The notes under the pieces are model-generated. The model was not told the origin of the DNA and did no database searches. It worked only from the letters and a program-made list of their open reading frames with translations. A DNA stretch of 64,000 nt, taken from positions 54,947 to 118,946 of the IMG/VR virus record IMGVR_UViG_3300023174_000080; one strand, given 5' to 3'. The translations under genes and the position numbers were made by a program. This stretch comes from a virus. Position 1 is the first letter of the stretch; each line of letters opens with the position of its first letter. Shown piece after piece: positions 20,398 to 29,088 of this stretch.

Positions 20398-21492
20398 ATG
20401 GCTGTTAAACCAGTAAAAGTATTAACTGATCTGCAAACAAATAAGCAGATTACTAAAGTAGATAGAGCAGCAGGTAATGCAGTATTATTCAACGTTTCAG
20501 GTACAGTTGCTGGTGGCGGTCATGTAAGTTCTTCTCTTCCTTATACTGGTTCTGGCCTTTATATAGATGGCGATGCATTAATTAATGGTACATTAACTGT
20601 TAAAACATATCATTCAATAGATGTTACCGCATCAGTTTTATATGAAAGTGGTTCTTCAAAGTTTGGTAATAGTGCAGATGATACTCATCAATTTACTGGC
20701 AGTGTATCAATTAGCGGCTCTTTTGTTGCCGATTATCTAACAGCATCATATGGCCTTTATTCTGGTGGTCCTTCTAATTTATCAGGTGCTGTCACAGCAA
20801 GAAATGGTTTAACAGTTCTTGGAGCGCCATTAAATGCAATAGCCGTTCCAGTAAGTGCAAGTAGTTTGTTTGTAACAGATGGCGGCACTTTTGGCGGCAA
20901 AGTAACAGCAGTGGGTCTTACTTCTTCAGCTGGATTATCTGTAGTAGGCCAAGCAAATGTTATCGGCACCATTAGTGCAACAACTTCTGCTTATGCTCCA
21001 ACAGTTGCAGGTGTTAATGGTTTATTTGCCACTAGCTCTGTGGCCGCACAAAGTCCATTTAGTAATATAGCGGTCATTACTGGTTCTCAAGCTGTTGGCG
21101 GTGTAACGTATGACATGTATAGTATCGATCAGGCTTTCCATGCTATCGATTCTGTATTAGCCGATTCTAGCAAAACTTCTAATGCATATAAGCGTTTGCG
21201 CTATCAAACAAGTGGTACTTTTGATCCAAGTGGCATTCAATTAGTGGCCCTACCATTAACACAATTTAGCGGTTCAGCATTTTCAACTTCATCATTAGAT
21301 TTTATTACCGTTGATGTTATGGTTAAATTAGAAAGTGGCGATAATTGGATGAACGATGTAGTAGCAATTGAAACATATATTACTGGTTCTCCCGGTAGTG
21401 AATATGTGGAAGTAGCTATTCACAGTGCTGATGTACCTTATGCTTATCGTTTAATCGCATTAAATGAAGATCCAAGCAAATATGTGATATAA
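20398..21492 (+). CDS. fibre-family virion protein
   Basis: N-terminus MAVKPVKVLTDL matches the 18917 protein; contains SGSSKFGNSADDTHQFTGS and the shared C-terminal domain. Confidence 0.6.
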   Translation: MAVKPVKVLTDLQTNKQITKVDRAAGNAVLFNVSGTVAGGGHVSSSLPYTGSGLYIDGDALINGTLTVKTYHSIDVTASVLYESGSSKFGNSADDTHQFTGSVSISGSFVADYLTASYGLYSGGPSNLSGAVTARNGLTVLGAPLNAIAVPVSASSLFVTDGGTFGGKVTAVGLTSSAGLSVVGQANVIGTISATTSAYAPTVAGVNGLFATSSVAAQSPFSNIAVITGSQAVGGVTYDMYSIDQAFHAIDSVLADSSKTSNAYKRLRYQTSGTFDPSGIQLVALPLTQFSGSAFSTSSLDFITVDVMVKLESGDNWMNDVVAIETYITGSPGSEYVEVAIHSADVPYAYRLIALNEDPSKYVI

Positions 21493-21501
21493 TAATCACA
21501 T

Positions 21502-22032
21502 ATGATTCTCGGTTTAGATATTTCAACTTCGATTACAGGAATAACCGTCCTTGATGATACAGGGACGGTTGTTCTTTTTGATGCTGTAGACATGCGTTCT
21601 AAGAAATTTACTACTTTCTTTATTAAAGCAGATGCTATAGAACGGCGGCTGGTACAGATAAAAAACCAATACAAAATTGATAAAATATTTATAGAACAAA
21701 GTTTACAAGCATTTAGACCGGGACTTTCATCTGCAAAAGTCATTTTGACATTAGGAAAATTTAATGGCATAGTTAGTTGGACTTGTTATAAAATTTTTGG
21801 CTTTGAACCAGAATATATCGGCGCTTCTACTGCTAGAAAAGCTTTAGGAATTAAAGTAGAACGTGGCGAAAATGCCAAAGAAATCGTTTTAAAGCGAGTT
21901 TTAGAACTTGAAAGCTCGTTTAACGTAGAGTATACTCCAAAAGGTAATCCAGTAGCAGGCACTTATGATAGAGCCGATAGCTATGTTATTGCTAGAGCGG
22001 GGTATTTGTCTTGTCAGACACCAAAAAAATAG
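21502..22032 (+). CDS. ruvC: RuvC-like Holliday junction resolvase
   Basis: ILGLDISTSITG, IFIEQ and DRADS acidic catalytic motifs. Confidence 0.85.
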   Translation: MILGLDISTSITGITVLDDTGTVVLFDAVDMRSKKFTTFFIKADAIERRLVQIKNQYKIDKIFIEQSLQAFRPGLSSAKVILTLGKFNGIVSWTCYKIFGFEPEYIGASTARKALGIKVERGENAKEIVLKRVLELESSFNVEYTPKGNPVAGTYDRADSYVIARAGYLSCQTPKK

Positions 22033-22952
22033 AAATTCTTAAACAAATTCTTGGTGATTATTATACTTCTGGTCATGAAAAGTTGTTTTTTTGTCCAAAG
22101 TGTAAACATCACAAAAAGAAATTATCCGTTAATCTTGATAAAGATGCCTTCAAGTGCTGGATTTGCGATTTCTCAGGCAAATCTATTCGTCGTTTAGTGT
22201 TAAGGTATGGTAATTATGTCCAACAAAAGTCTTGGAATGAACTTTCAGGTGTTGTCGAGATTACAGAATACGAAAAAATCTTCCTCACAGAAGAAAATAT
22301 CGAAGAAAAGACTGAACCAATCACACTTCCGTCTGAATTTCAGACGCTATGCAACAAAGATTTAAGTCTTACATCACTTCCAGCACGTAGATACCTGAAG
22401 GATCGTGGTGTAAATCGTGAAGATATCTTATTTTGGAAGATTGGTTATGCAGTTTCTGGTGAATACGCTGGTAGGATTATAATCCCATCATTTAATCTTG
22501 ATGGAAAAATAGATTATTTTATTGGTAGAACATATGAAGGTGATTGGAAGCGATATTTAAATCCTCCAATCCCAAAAGATATTATTTTTAATGAACTTTA
22601 TGTTGATTGGAATAGTGATATTACAATTGTTGAAGGAGTATTTGATGCCATTAAAGCAAAAAACGCCATTCCTATTCTTGGCTCTACTCTAAGAGAAGGT
22701 TCAAGATTATTTCGTGAATTAATACGTAACGACCCAGCAATTTATATTGCATTAGACCCAGATGCCGAGAGAAAGGCGGAAAAATTAATTGGTACTCTAT
22801 TAAGCTACGATGCTGAAGTATATAAGATAGAAATACCTTTTGGAAAAGACGTAGGTGATATGACTCACGAAGAATATTTAGAACGTAAGAAAGAGGCGAA
22901 ACTAATTAAAGATAGAGATTATTTTTTAATTAATAAAATCATGAGCCTATAA
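22011..22952 (+). CDS. DNA primase (Zn finger + TOPRIM)
   Basis: CPKC-H...CWIC zinc finger, RIIIP, IVEGVFDAI, ALDPDA; TTG start. Confidence 0.9.
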   Translation: MSDTKKIEILKQILGDYYTSGHEKLFFCPKCKHHKKKLSVNLDKDAFKCWICDFSGKSIRRLVLRYGNYVQQKSWNELSGVVEITEYEKIFLTEENIEEKTEPITLPSEFQTLCNKDLSLTSLPARRYLKDRGVNREDILFWKIGYAVSGEYAGRIIIPSFNLDGKIDYFIGRTYEGDWKRYLNPPIPKDIIFNELYVDWNSDITIVEGVFDAIKAKNAIPILGSTLREGSRLFRELIRNDPAIYIALDPDAERKAEKLIGTLLSYDAEVYKIEIPFGKDVGDMTHEEYLERKKEAKLIKDRDYFLINKIMSL

Positions 22953-22953
22953 C

Positions 22954-23148
22954 ATGTCGAGCAATTTTAAATATGATAAAAAAACATTAATGGAATTATT
23001 AAAGATTGTTCTTGCTACACATGATGATATTACGCCACAAGAAAAACAAGATATACTAAAAATAATGCAATTATTATTAAATCAATCGGATGAAAAACAT
23101 GAAGATAAACAAAATATTTTTAATACAGATTATAAAAGAAGAAATTAA
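22954..23148 (+). CDS. small hypothetical protein
   Basis: 64-aa ORF abutting the primase gene. Confidence 0.4.
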   Translation: MSSNFKYDKKTLMELLKIVLATHDDITPQEKQDILKIMQLLLNQSDEKHEDKQNIFNTDYKRRN

Positions 23149-23584
23149 AAGGGCGCTATACGAATCCCACCAGCCTTGGGAAATTCCATTAGCACAATAT
23201 TTTGTTGTTATTCGTGATTTAGTTGATAAAGGAAAAGGTGAAGATAATAGAGAGAAGTTTATTAAACATATAAATAAATTAACTGGCGGTGATTATGTTA
23301 ATGCTATCAAATATATGGATGGAAAAGTAGATTATAATCTATATGGCACCGTTGCTTCTCTTTTAATAAATCAAAAGCCAAATGTTCCAGCAATGTTGCC
23401 AAATTCATATAAAACAACCAATCCAAGATATAAAGATATGAGCGATGTTCGTAGTCCATATGCTACAAATGCTCCCCCTACACATAATCGTAGACCGCAG
23501 CCTATATCACAAGAATATCAAGATGATCCAAGAAAAAATCCTGTAACTAGAAAAGAAAAAAAGAATTCAGTTCACGAGGAATAA
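23099..23584 (+). CDS. hypothetical protein with N-terminal IIKEE motif (candidate internal head protein)
   Basis: MKINKIFLIQIIKEEIKRALYE; start could be 23090 or 23099. Confidence 0.5.
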   Translation: MKINKIFLIQIIKEEIKRALYESHQPWEIPLAQYFVVIRDLVDKGKGEDNREKFIKHINKLTGGDYVNAIKYMDGKVDYNLYGTVASLLINQKPNVPAMLPNSYKTTNPRYKDMSDVRSPYATNAPPTHNRRPQPISQEYQDDPRKNPVTRKEKKNSVHEE

Positions 23585-23588
23585 AGAA

Positions 23589-23783
23589 ATGTCTGAACGT
23601 CCACAAAGCGGCGGTAAAAGTGAAGGAAAAAGATGTGGTGGTGCTTGTAAACATAGCAGCACATATCACCAAGTAAAATGGTTTGATAAATATACAAACA
23701 TGTATTATTATGGATGCTCATATGTAGATTGCAAATGTATGAATTATGTAGCCACTGATATTGATAATACAGAAATAAGATAG
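23589..23783 (+). CDS. small Cys/His-rich putative zinc-binding protein
   Basis: CGGACKH...H and CSYVDCKC; GAGG RBS. Confidence 0.55.
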   Translation: MSERPQSGGKSEGKRCGGACKHSSTYHQVKWFDKYTNMYYYGCSYVDCKCMNYVATDIDNTEIR

Positions 23784-23812
23784 TTGACAGCAGGTAGATT
23801 AATAGATATAGT
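23784..23812 (+). promoter_or_regulatory. sigma70-type promoter
   Basis: TTGACA-N17-TATAGT upstream of the sbcD-sbcC fusion. Confidence 0.75.
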
Positions 23813-23843
23813 GCCCGTTAGGTTTGTCTTAACGGGCATTTTT
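23812..23843 (+). terminator. intrinsic terminator overlapping the promoter start site
   Basis: TGCCCGTTA...TAACGGGCA stem followed by TTTTT. Confidence 0.7.
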
Positions 23844-23875
23844 GTATCATGTACAATTGCCACATTGGAGAACAA

Positions 23876-26800
23876 ATGAAAATTTTGCACTTGGCCGATA
23901 CGCATATTAAGAACTTGAAACACCATGATGAATATACGCAAATATTTAATGAAGTATACCGTATTGCCCGCGAACAGAGAGTTGATTTAATTATTCATTG
24001 CGGCGACATAGCTCATACTAAAACACAAATTAGTCCAGAGTTTGTTGATATGGCAAGTGAGTTCTTCAAAAATCTTGCCTCTATCGCTCCTACCCATGTA
24101 ATTCTTGGTAATCACGATGTGAATCTAAAAAATGATTCACGGCAAGATTCTATTACACCAATTATTAAAGCACTTAATTTATCAAATCTTTTTCTTCATA
24201 AGTATTCCGGCGAAATCTCAATTAATTCTCAATTTAGTTTGAATATATTGAGCATTATTGATGAGGACAAATGGGTTAAACCAAGCAACGCCGAAAAAAT
24301 TAATATTGGTCTTTTTCATGGTGCCATTTCAGGCATCACTACAGATACTGGGTATCAATTAGAGTCAGACGTTCATCTTGTAGATGTATACGATGGACAT
24401 GATTATGTATTTCTTGGCGATATTCATAAAACAAATCAAGCTGTAGATAAAGAAGGAAGAGTTCGTTATCCCGGCTCAACTGTTCAGCAAGGTTTTGCTG
24501 AAACGGTTGACAAAGGATTTTTAATTTGGGATATTCAGTCAAAAACTGATTATACGTGTACTCATTATGCTATCAAAAATCCAAAACCATATGTTAACAT
24601 TACTCTTGGAGATCAAGGTGAAGTTCCAATCGTTGATGTTGCTCCTAATGCTCGCATCCGTATTATTGCCGACAAAAGCATTTCATTGGATAAAATTAAA
24701 AAAGCAACTGATATTATCAAAACTAATTTTCAACCTGAAAGCGTAACGTTTATAAGTAAAGCGTCTGATAATAAAACTAGTCAGAGTGCTTCTGCCATAA
24801 CTCACGCAGATAATCTACGTGATTTAGGTTTTCAAGAAAAATTAATTCGTGAATATTTAAAAGAATATAAAGCCAATGAAGAGATTTTATTAAAAGTTCT
24901 TGAACTAAATAAAAAGTTCTCTTCTGCAATTGAAGAAGGAGAAGAAACATACCGCAATATTAATTGGAAATTAAAATCTCTTGAATGGGATAATCTTTTT
25001 AATTATGGCGAAGGTAATAAAATAGATTTCACTAATCTCAATGGCATTGTTGGTATATTTGGAAAAAACTATACCGGTAAATCATCAGTGATAGATGCGT
25101 TGCTTTATACAATTTTTAATACTACATCAAAAAATAATAGAAAAAACCTAAATGTCATAAATCAAAATGCAGAATCTGCTTTTGGTAAAGTCACAATTGA
25201 CATTGATGGTGAAGAATACCTTATTGATCGTAAAAGTGAAAAATATATTAAAAAAAGTAAAGGTGTAGAAGTAATTGAAGCCAAAACTGATGTTCAATTT
25301 ACGACTGATTCTGAATCTTTAAATGGCCTTGCGCGCAATGATACAGATAAAAACATTCGTCGTTTTTTTGGAACAGTAGATGATTTCTTTTTAACCTCTA
25401 TGGCTAGCCAATTTGGATATCTTTCTTTCATTACAGAAGGATCTACAAATCGCAAGCAGATATTGGCTAAATTTCTTGATTTAGAGACTTTTGAAAAGAA
25501 ATTTAAAATGGCTAAAGAAGAAAGTTCCGAACTTAAATCTCTTCTTAAAAAGTTAGAAGGGGTTAATTATGAAAAAGATATTTTCTTAGCTCAAGAAGAA
25601 ATTTCTAAAATAGAAATAGAAATTGAGATGAAAAAATCGTCTATTGATGATCTAAAGAATAATATTTCTCTAGCTAATCAATCTTTGGCTGAAATACAAG
25701 TAGCTATTAATAGCATGCCAACAGAAATAATTGATTATAAATCTCTAGAAATATCTTTGAAAAATTATATATTTAAACTTAATGAACTAACTGAGACAAA
25801 TAATAAATTACAAATTGATTGCGAAAAGAAAACCTTATTATTAAATGAGATCAATAATTTGTTGTCTAATATTGATGAAAAAGAATTAAGAAAAAAAGAT
25901 AGTGAACTTGCTTCTCTATCAAAAGAAGTTATTTCTTTAGAAAAAAAATATGATGTTCTAAGCAATGAACTCTCTAATAGAGATAATAAAATTAAACTTT
26001 TAAATGAAATTCCTTGCGGAGATTCGTATCCAAGTTGTAAATTTATTAAAGATGCTTTTGCTGCTAAGACAGGTTACAGCAGCATTTTTGATCAAAATAT
26101 TGAAATTAGTAATGATTTAAGTTCAAAAAGATCATCTGCGATAAGTTTAGAAGAAGAAGTAAAAGAACAGAATGATAGATTTAAGTCTTTAACGCAGAAA
26201 TGTTTTATTCTTAAGGATTCAATTGCTAAAAATGAACTTATGATTGAAAAAAATCGATCTTCTATACATATTACGGAAGGTAATATACAGACATTAAAGA
26301 AAAAGCTAGAAGAATACAATAAAAATAAACAAAAAATACAAAACTATCAAGATCTTTTATCTAAAAAAGATACTAAAAATAGTATTTTAACTAATTTTTC
26401 TAAAGAATTGAATTCTTTTGAGAAAGAATTATTGGAAATGTATAAAAATCATGGTTCTATAACTCAAAAATACGAAATTTTTGTTAAACAAAAAGAAGAA
26501 CTAGAAAAAATTCGTAAAGATTATGCTGCTTATGATTTATATCTATCCTGTATGCACCCTAATGGGCTTTCATATGAAATAATAAAGAGTAAACTACCAG
26601 AGATTAATCAAGAAATAGCTAAAATATTGTCTAATATTGTTGATTTCTCTATTTATTTAGAGAATGATGACGATAAACTAGATATTATGATTAAACATCC
26701 AAAATATGATGCCAGACCGCTTGAAATGGGAAGCGGAGCAGAAAAAACTCTTGCTTCAACGGCTATTAGATTAGCGCTTATAAGCGTTACGACTCTACCA

Positions 26801-27001
26801 AAACCAGACATTTTTGTAATGGATGAGCCGGGAACTGCTTTAGATGCAGAGAACTTAGATGGATTTACAAAAATATTAGATCTAGTTAAAAGCTATTTTA
26901 AAACTGTGATACTTATATCACATTTAGATAGCTTAAAAGATTGTGTTGATACGCAAATAATCATAGATCGTAAAGAAGGATATGCTTATATAAATCAATA
27001 G
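23876..27001 (+). CDS. fused SbcD/Mre11 nuclease - SbcC/Rad50 ATPase
   Basis: Metallophosphoesterase motifs DTH, GD, GNHD, HG, LGDIH; then Walker A GKNYTGKSS, Q-loop, coiled coil, signature SGAE, Walker B FVMDEP, ISH. The GGAG RBS favours ATG 23876. Confidence 0.92.
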   Translation: MKILHLADTHIKNLKHHDEYTQIFNEVYRIAREQRVDLIIHCGDIAHTKTQISPEFVDMASEFFKNLASIAPTHVILGNHDVNLKNDSRQDSITPIIKALNLSNLFLHKYSGEISINSQFSLNILSIIDEDKWVKPSNAEKINIGLFHGAISGITTDTGYQLESDVHLVDVYDGHDYVFLGDIHKTNQAVDKEGRVRYPGSTVQQGFAETVDKGFLIWDIQSKTDYTCTHYAIKNPKPYVNITLGDQGEVPIVDVAPNARIRIIADKSISLDKIKKATDIIKTNFQPESVTFISKASDNKTSQSASAITHADNLRDLGFQEKLIREYLKEYKANEEILLKVLELNKKFSSAIEEGEETYRNINWKLKSLEWDNLFNYGEGNKIDFTNLNGIVGIFGKNYTGKSSVIDALLYTIFNTTSKNNRKNLNVINQNAESAFGKVTIDIDGEEYLIDRKSEKYIKKSKGVEVIEAKTDVQFTTDSESLNGLARNDTDKNIRRFFGTVDDFFLTSMASQFGYLSFITEGSTNRKQILAKFLDLETFEKKFKMAKEESSELKSLLKKLEGVNYEKDIFLAQEEISKIEIEIEMKKSSIDDLKNNISLANQSLAEIQVAINSMPTEIIDYKSLEISLKNYIFKLNELTETNNKLQIDCEKKTLLLNEINNLLSNIDEKELRKKDSELASLSKEVISLEKKYDVLSNELSNRDNKIKLLNEIPCGDSYPSCKFIKDAFAAKTGYSSIFDQNIEISNDLSSKRSSAISLEEEVKEQNDRFKSLTQKCFILKDSIAKNELMIEKNRSSIHITEGNIQTLKKKLEEYNKNKQKIQNYQDLLSKKDTKNSILTNFSKELNSFEKELLEMYKNHGSITQKYEIFVKQKEELEKIRKDYAAYDLYLSCMHPNGLSYEIIKSKLPEINQEIAKILSNIVDFSIYLENDDDKLDIMIKHPKYDARPLEMGSGAEKTLASTAIRLALISVTTLPKPDIFVMDEPGTALDAENLDGFTKILDLVKSYFKTVILISHLDSLKDCVDTQIIIDRKEGYAYINQ

Positions 27002-27010
27002 GAGGATTAA

Positions 27011-27298
27011 ATGTCTAATATGGGTATAAAAGATGAAGTTAAAGAAGAGTTAAGTGATTTGGATAAACGTATGGAAGCGGAACGTAAGAAATTAGATGGC
27101 TCTAGGCTTGGTATAATTGACTTAGTTACAGAAAAATTTGTCTCTCGTAAGCTTTTAGTATGGGGAATAGCAACATTATTGTTATGGACAGCAAAGATAA
27201 CGCCTGATGAATGGACTGCAATTTCTCTAGGATATGTAGGCATTGAAGGAATGGCCGATTTAGCAGTTAAATGGCGTACAGCTAGTAAAAAGGAATAA
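27011..27298 (+). CDS. holin-like membrane protein
   Basis: SRKLLV followed by two short hydrophobic segments and a basic C-terminus; AGGAGG RBS. Confidence 0.55.
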   Translation: MSNMGIKDEVKEELSDLDKRMEAERKKLDGSRLGIIDLVTEKFVSRKLLVWGIATLLLWTAKITPDEWTAISLGYVGIEGMADLAVKWRTASKKE

Positions 27299-27301
27299 TA
27301 T

Positions 27302-27700
27302 ATGATTAAATTAAAACAATTATGGAATAAATTTCGTGTTTGGATTGGATTATTAGTTGCAGGTATTGCTATAAGTTTCCTTGTTCTTAGGAAACACGTA
27401 GGAGATGGTTTAGAACAACAAAGAGAACAATATAAAAAAGAAAATGAAGCAAAAGAAGCGGCTGAAAAAAAGATTGTAGAAGAAAAACAAAAGATTGAAG
27501 AGAAAAAAATAGAAGAAGTAGCAAAAGTTGATGAAGAAAAAAAGAAAAAGTTAAAAGAAGCAGTAGAAAAAGCAAAAGAACAAAGAGACAATCTAAAAAA
27601 ATTAGAAAAACGTGATCAACAAGGTTTTGTTATGGCTGTTGAAGAAGAGTTAGGAGTCAAGCAAAAGAAAAAGAAAGGTAAACGTAAGAAAGATGAATAA
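27302..27700 (+). CDS. N-anchored membrane coiled-coil protein (i-spanin-like)
   Basis: One N-terminal TM helix followed by an E/K-rich coiled coil. Confidence 0.45.
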   Translation: MIKLKQLWNKFRVWIGLLVAGIAISFLVLRKHVGDGLEQQREQYKKENEAKEAAEKKIVEEKQKIEEKKIEEVAKVDEEKKKKLKEAVEKAKEQRDNLKKLEKRDQQGFVMAVEEELGVKQKKKKGKRKKDE

Positions 27701-28184
27701 TTACAAGTCTTTTATATCTATTATTACGCTGCTAGCGTTCCTAGCGGTGCGGATTCCTATTGCCTATGCTTTGCCACCACAAAATGGTGGCATTGTAGAG
27801 GATGAATATGAAGATGGTGATTTTTCTATTGTCAAAACTGGTGAAGAAGTGCCTTATGATGGTTTTTTGTTTGATGCTGAAGGTTTGGCTAAAGTAATTG
27901 CTAATAAAAACTTTCAGTTAGATAAATTAAAAATAGAAAAAGATAATGAAATAGCAAAACTTAATATAGAAATAAAATATCTTAAAGAACAACATATATT
28001 AGAAATTAAAACTAAAGATGAACTGAATGATAATATAATTTCTATTAAAGATAAAAGAATAGAACAATTAGAAGATAGTAAAAAATGGGAAGATGTTAAA
28101 TTATTTAGTTCAATGTTATTAGGAATGGCTTTATCAGTAGTTATATTTTATGCAGCGGTGAAAATACAAAATGTCAATCAATAA
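27693..28184 (+). CDS. secreted/membrane coiled-coil protein (spanin-like)
   Basis: Signal peptide ending AYA, coiled coil and C-terminal TM helix; overlaps the upstream gene. Confidence 0.45.
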   Translation: MNNYKSFISIITLLAFLAVRIPIAYALPPQNGGIVEDEYEDGDFSIVKTGEEVPYDGFLFDAEGLAKVIANKNFQLDKLKIEKDNEIAKLNIEIKYLKEQHILEIKTKDELNDNIISIKDKRIEQLEDSKKWEDVKLFSSMLLGMALSVVIFYAAVKIQNVNQ

Positions 28185-28563
28185 AAAAGATCCTAATTAT
28201 ATTGTCGCTTTAGAAAAAGCAGTTAAAGAAAAATACGGTGAATTAGCAACCATGCATCCAAAATACTTCTGGAATCAAGAAAAAGAACGAGAATATATAT
28301 CTGACAGCAAAGAAGTAACAAAAAAGCTGCTAAACAATGAACAATCCAGAGAAAAAGTAGACTTAGGCGGGATTTTAATACCTAAGAAACTAATTAATAA
28401 AAATGAACATAAGACATGTTCTGCGTGTAAAGAGTATAGTTTTGATAAAAAAGATGATGTTTATTTAAACAAATATATTGCTTGTTATAAATGTTATGTA
28501 AAATTTATAGAAGGTAGAGAAGAAAGATGGTTGTCAGGTTGGAAACCAAACGGAGACAAATAA
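28171..28563 (+). CDS. hypothetical protein with CxxC...CxxC zinc ribbon
   Basis: CSAC...CYKC, ends EERWLSGWKP. Confidence 0.55.
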   Translation: MSINKKDPNYIVALEKAVKEKYGELATMHPKYFWNQEKEREYISDSKEVTKKLLNNEQSREKVDLGGILIPKKLINKNEHKTCSACKEYSFDKKDDVYLNKYIACYKCYVKFIEGREERWLSGWKPNGDK

Positions 28564-29073
28564 ATGGCTAGTATTTTAGAAGTTATAAACGGTATCTCAG
28601 AAGTTTTAAAAGCCAAACACCATGGCGGTTCTGAAATTGGCTTAAAACGTGAAACTGAGGATTTAGTACAAGGTGTCTCCATATACGATCCAAGAGTTAT
28701 GGATGGTTTTGGTATCCAGTATCAAGGCAACAACATTATTGTTAAGTATCATAGTGAAATGCCATTAAAAAGCGTACATGATAAAAACTTTGAAACTGAC
28801 ATTCGCAGAACAGTAAAAGATATTACTAATTTTATTAAATCAGAATATAAAAAAGTTAATAAAAGTAGCCTAGACTTAACTGAAAAAGGTGATATTAATA
28901 TTCTTGTTCAAACTGCAAATCGTAGAACCGCTTATGTAAATGCTTCTCAGGTTTATGAAATTGGTAACGTAGAGGGTTTTTCAAAAGAAGAAAAACCAAT
29001 GCAGCAAACTTATGCAGATATAGCAAAGCGCTGGTTGATGAACGTCAAGCAACCAAAGACTTATATTAAATAG
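28564..29073 (+). CDS. hypothetical protein upstream of terminase
   Basis: 169-aa ORF with GGAG RBS. Confidence 0.55.
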   Translation: MASILEVINGISEVLKAKHHGGSEIGLKRETEDLVQGVSIYDPRVMDGFGIQYQGNNIIVKYHSEMPLKSVHDKNFETDIRRTVKDITNFIKSEYKKVNKSSLDLTEKGDINILVQTANRRTAYVNASQVYEIGNVEGFSKEEKPMQQTYADIAKRWLMNVKQPKTYIK

Positions 29074-29088
29074 GTAAAAGGTAATGGC

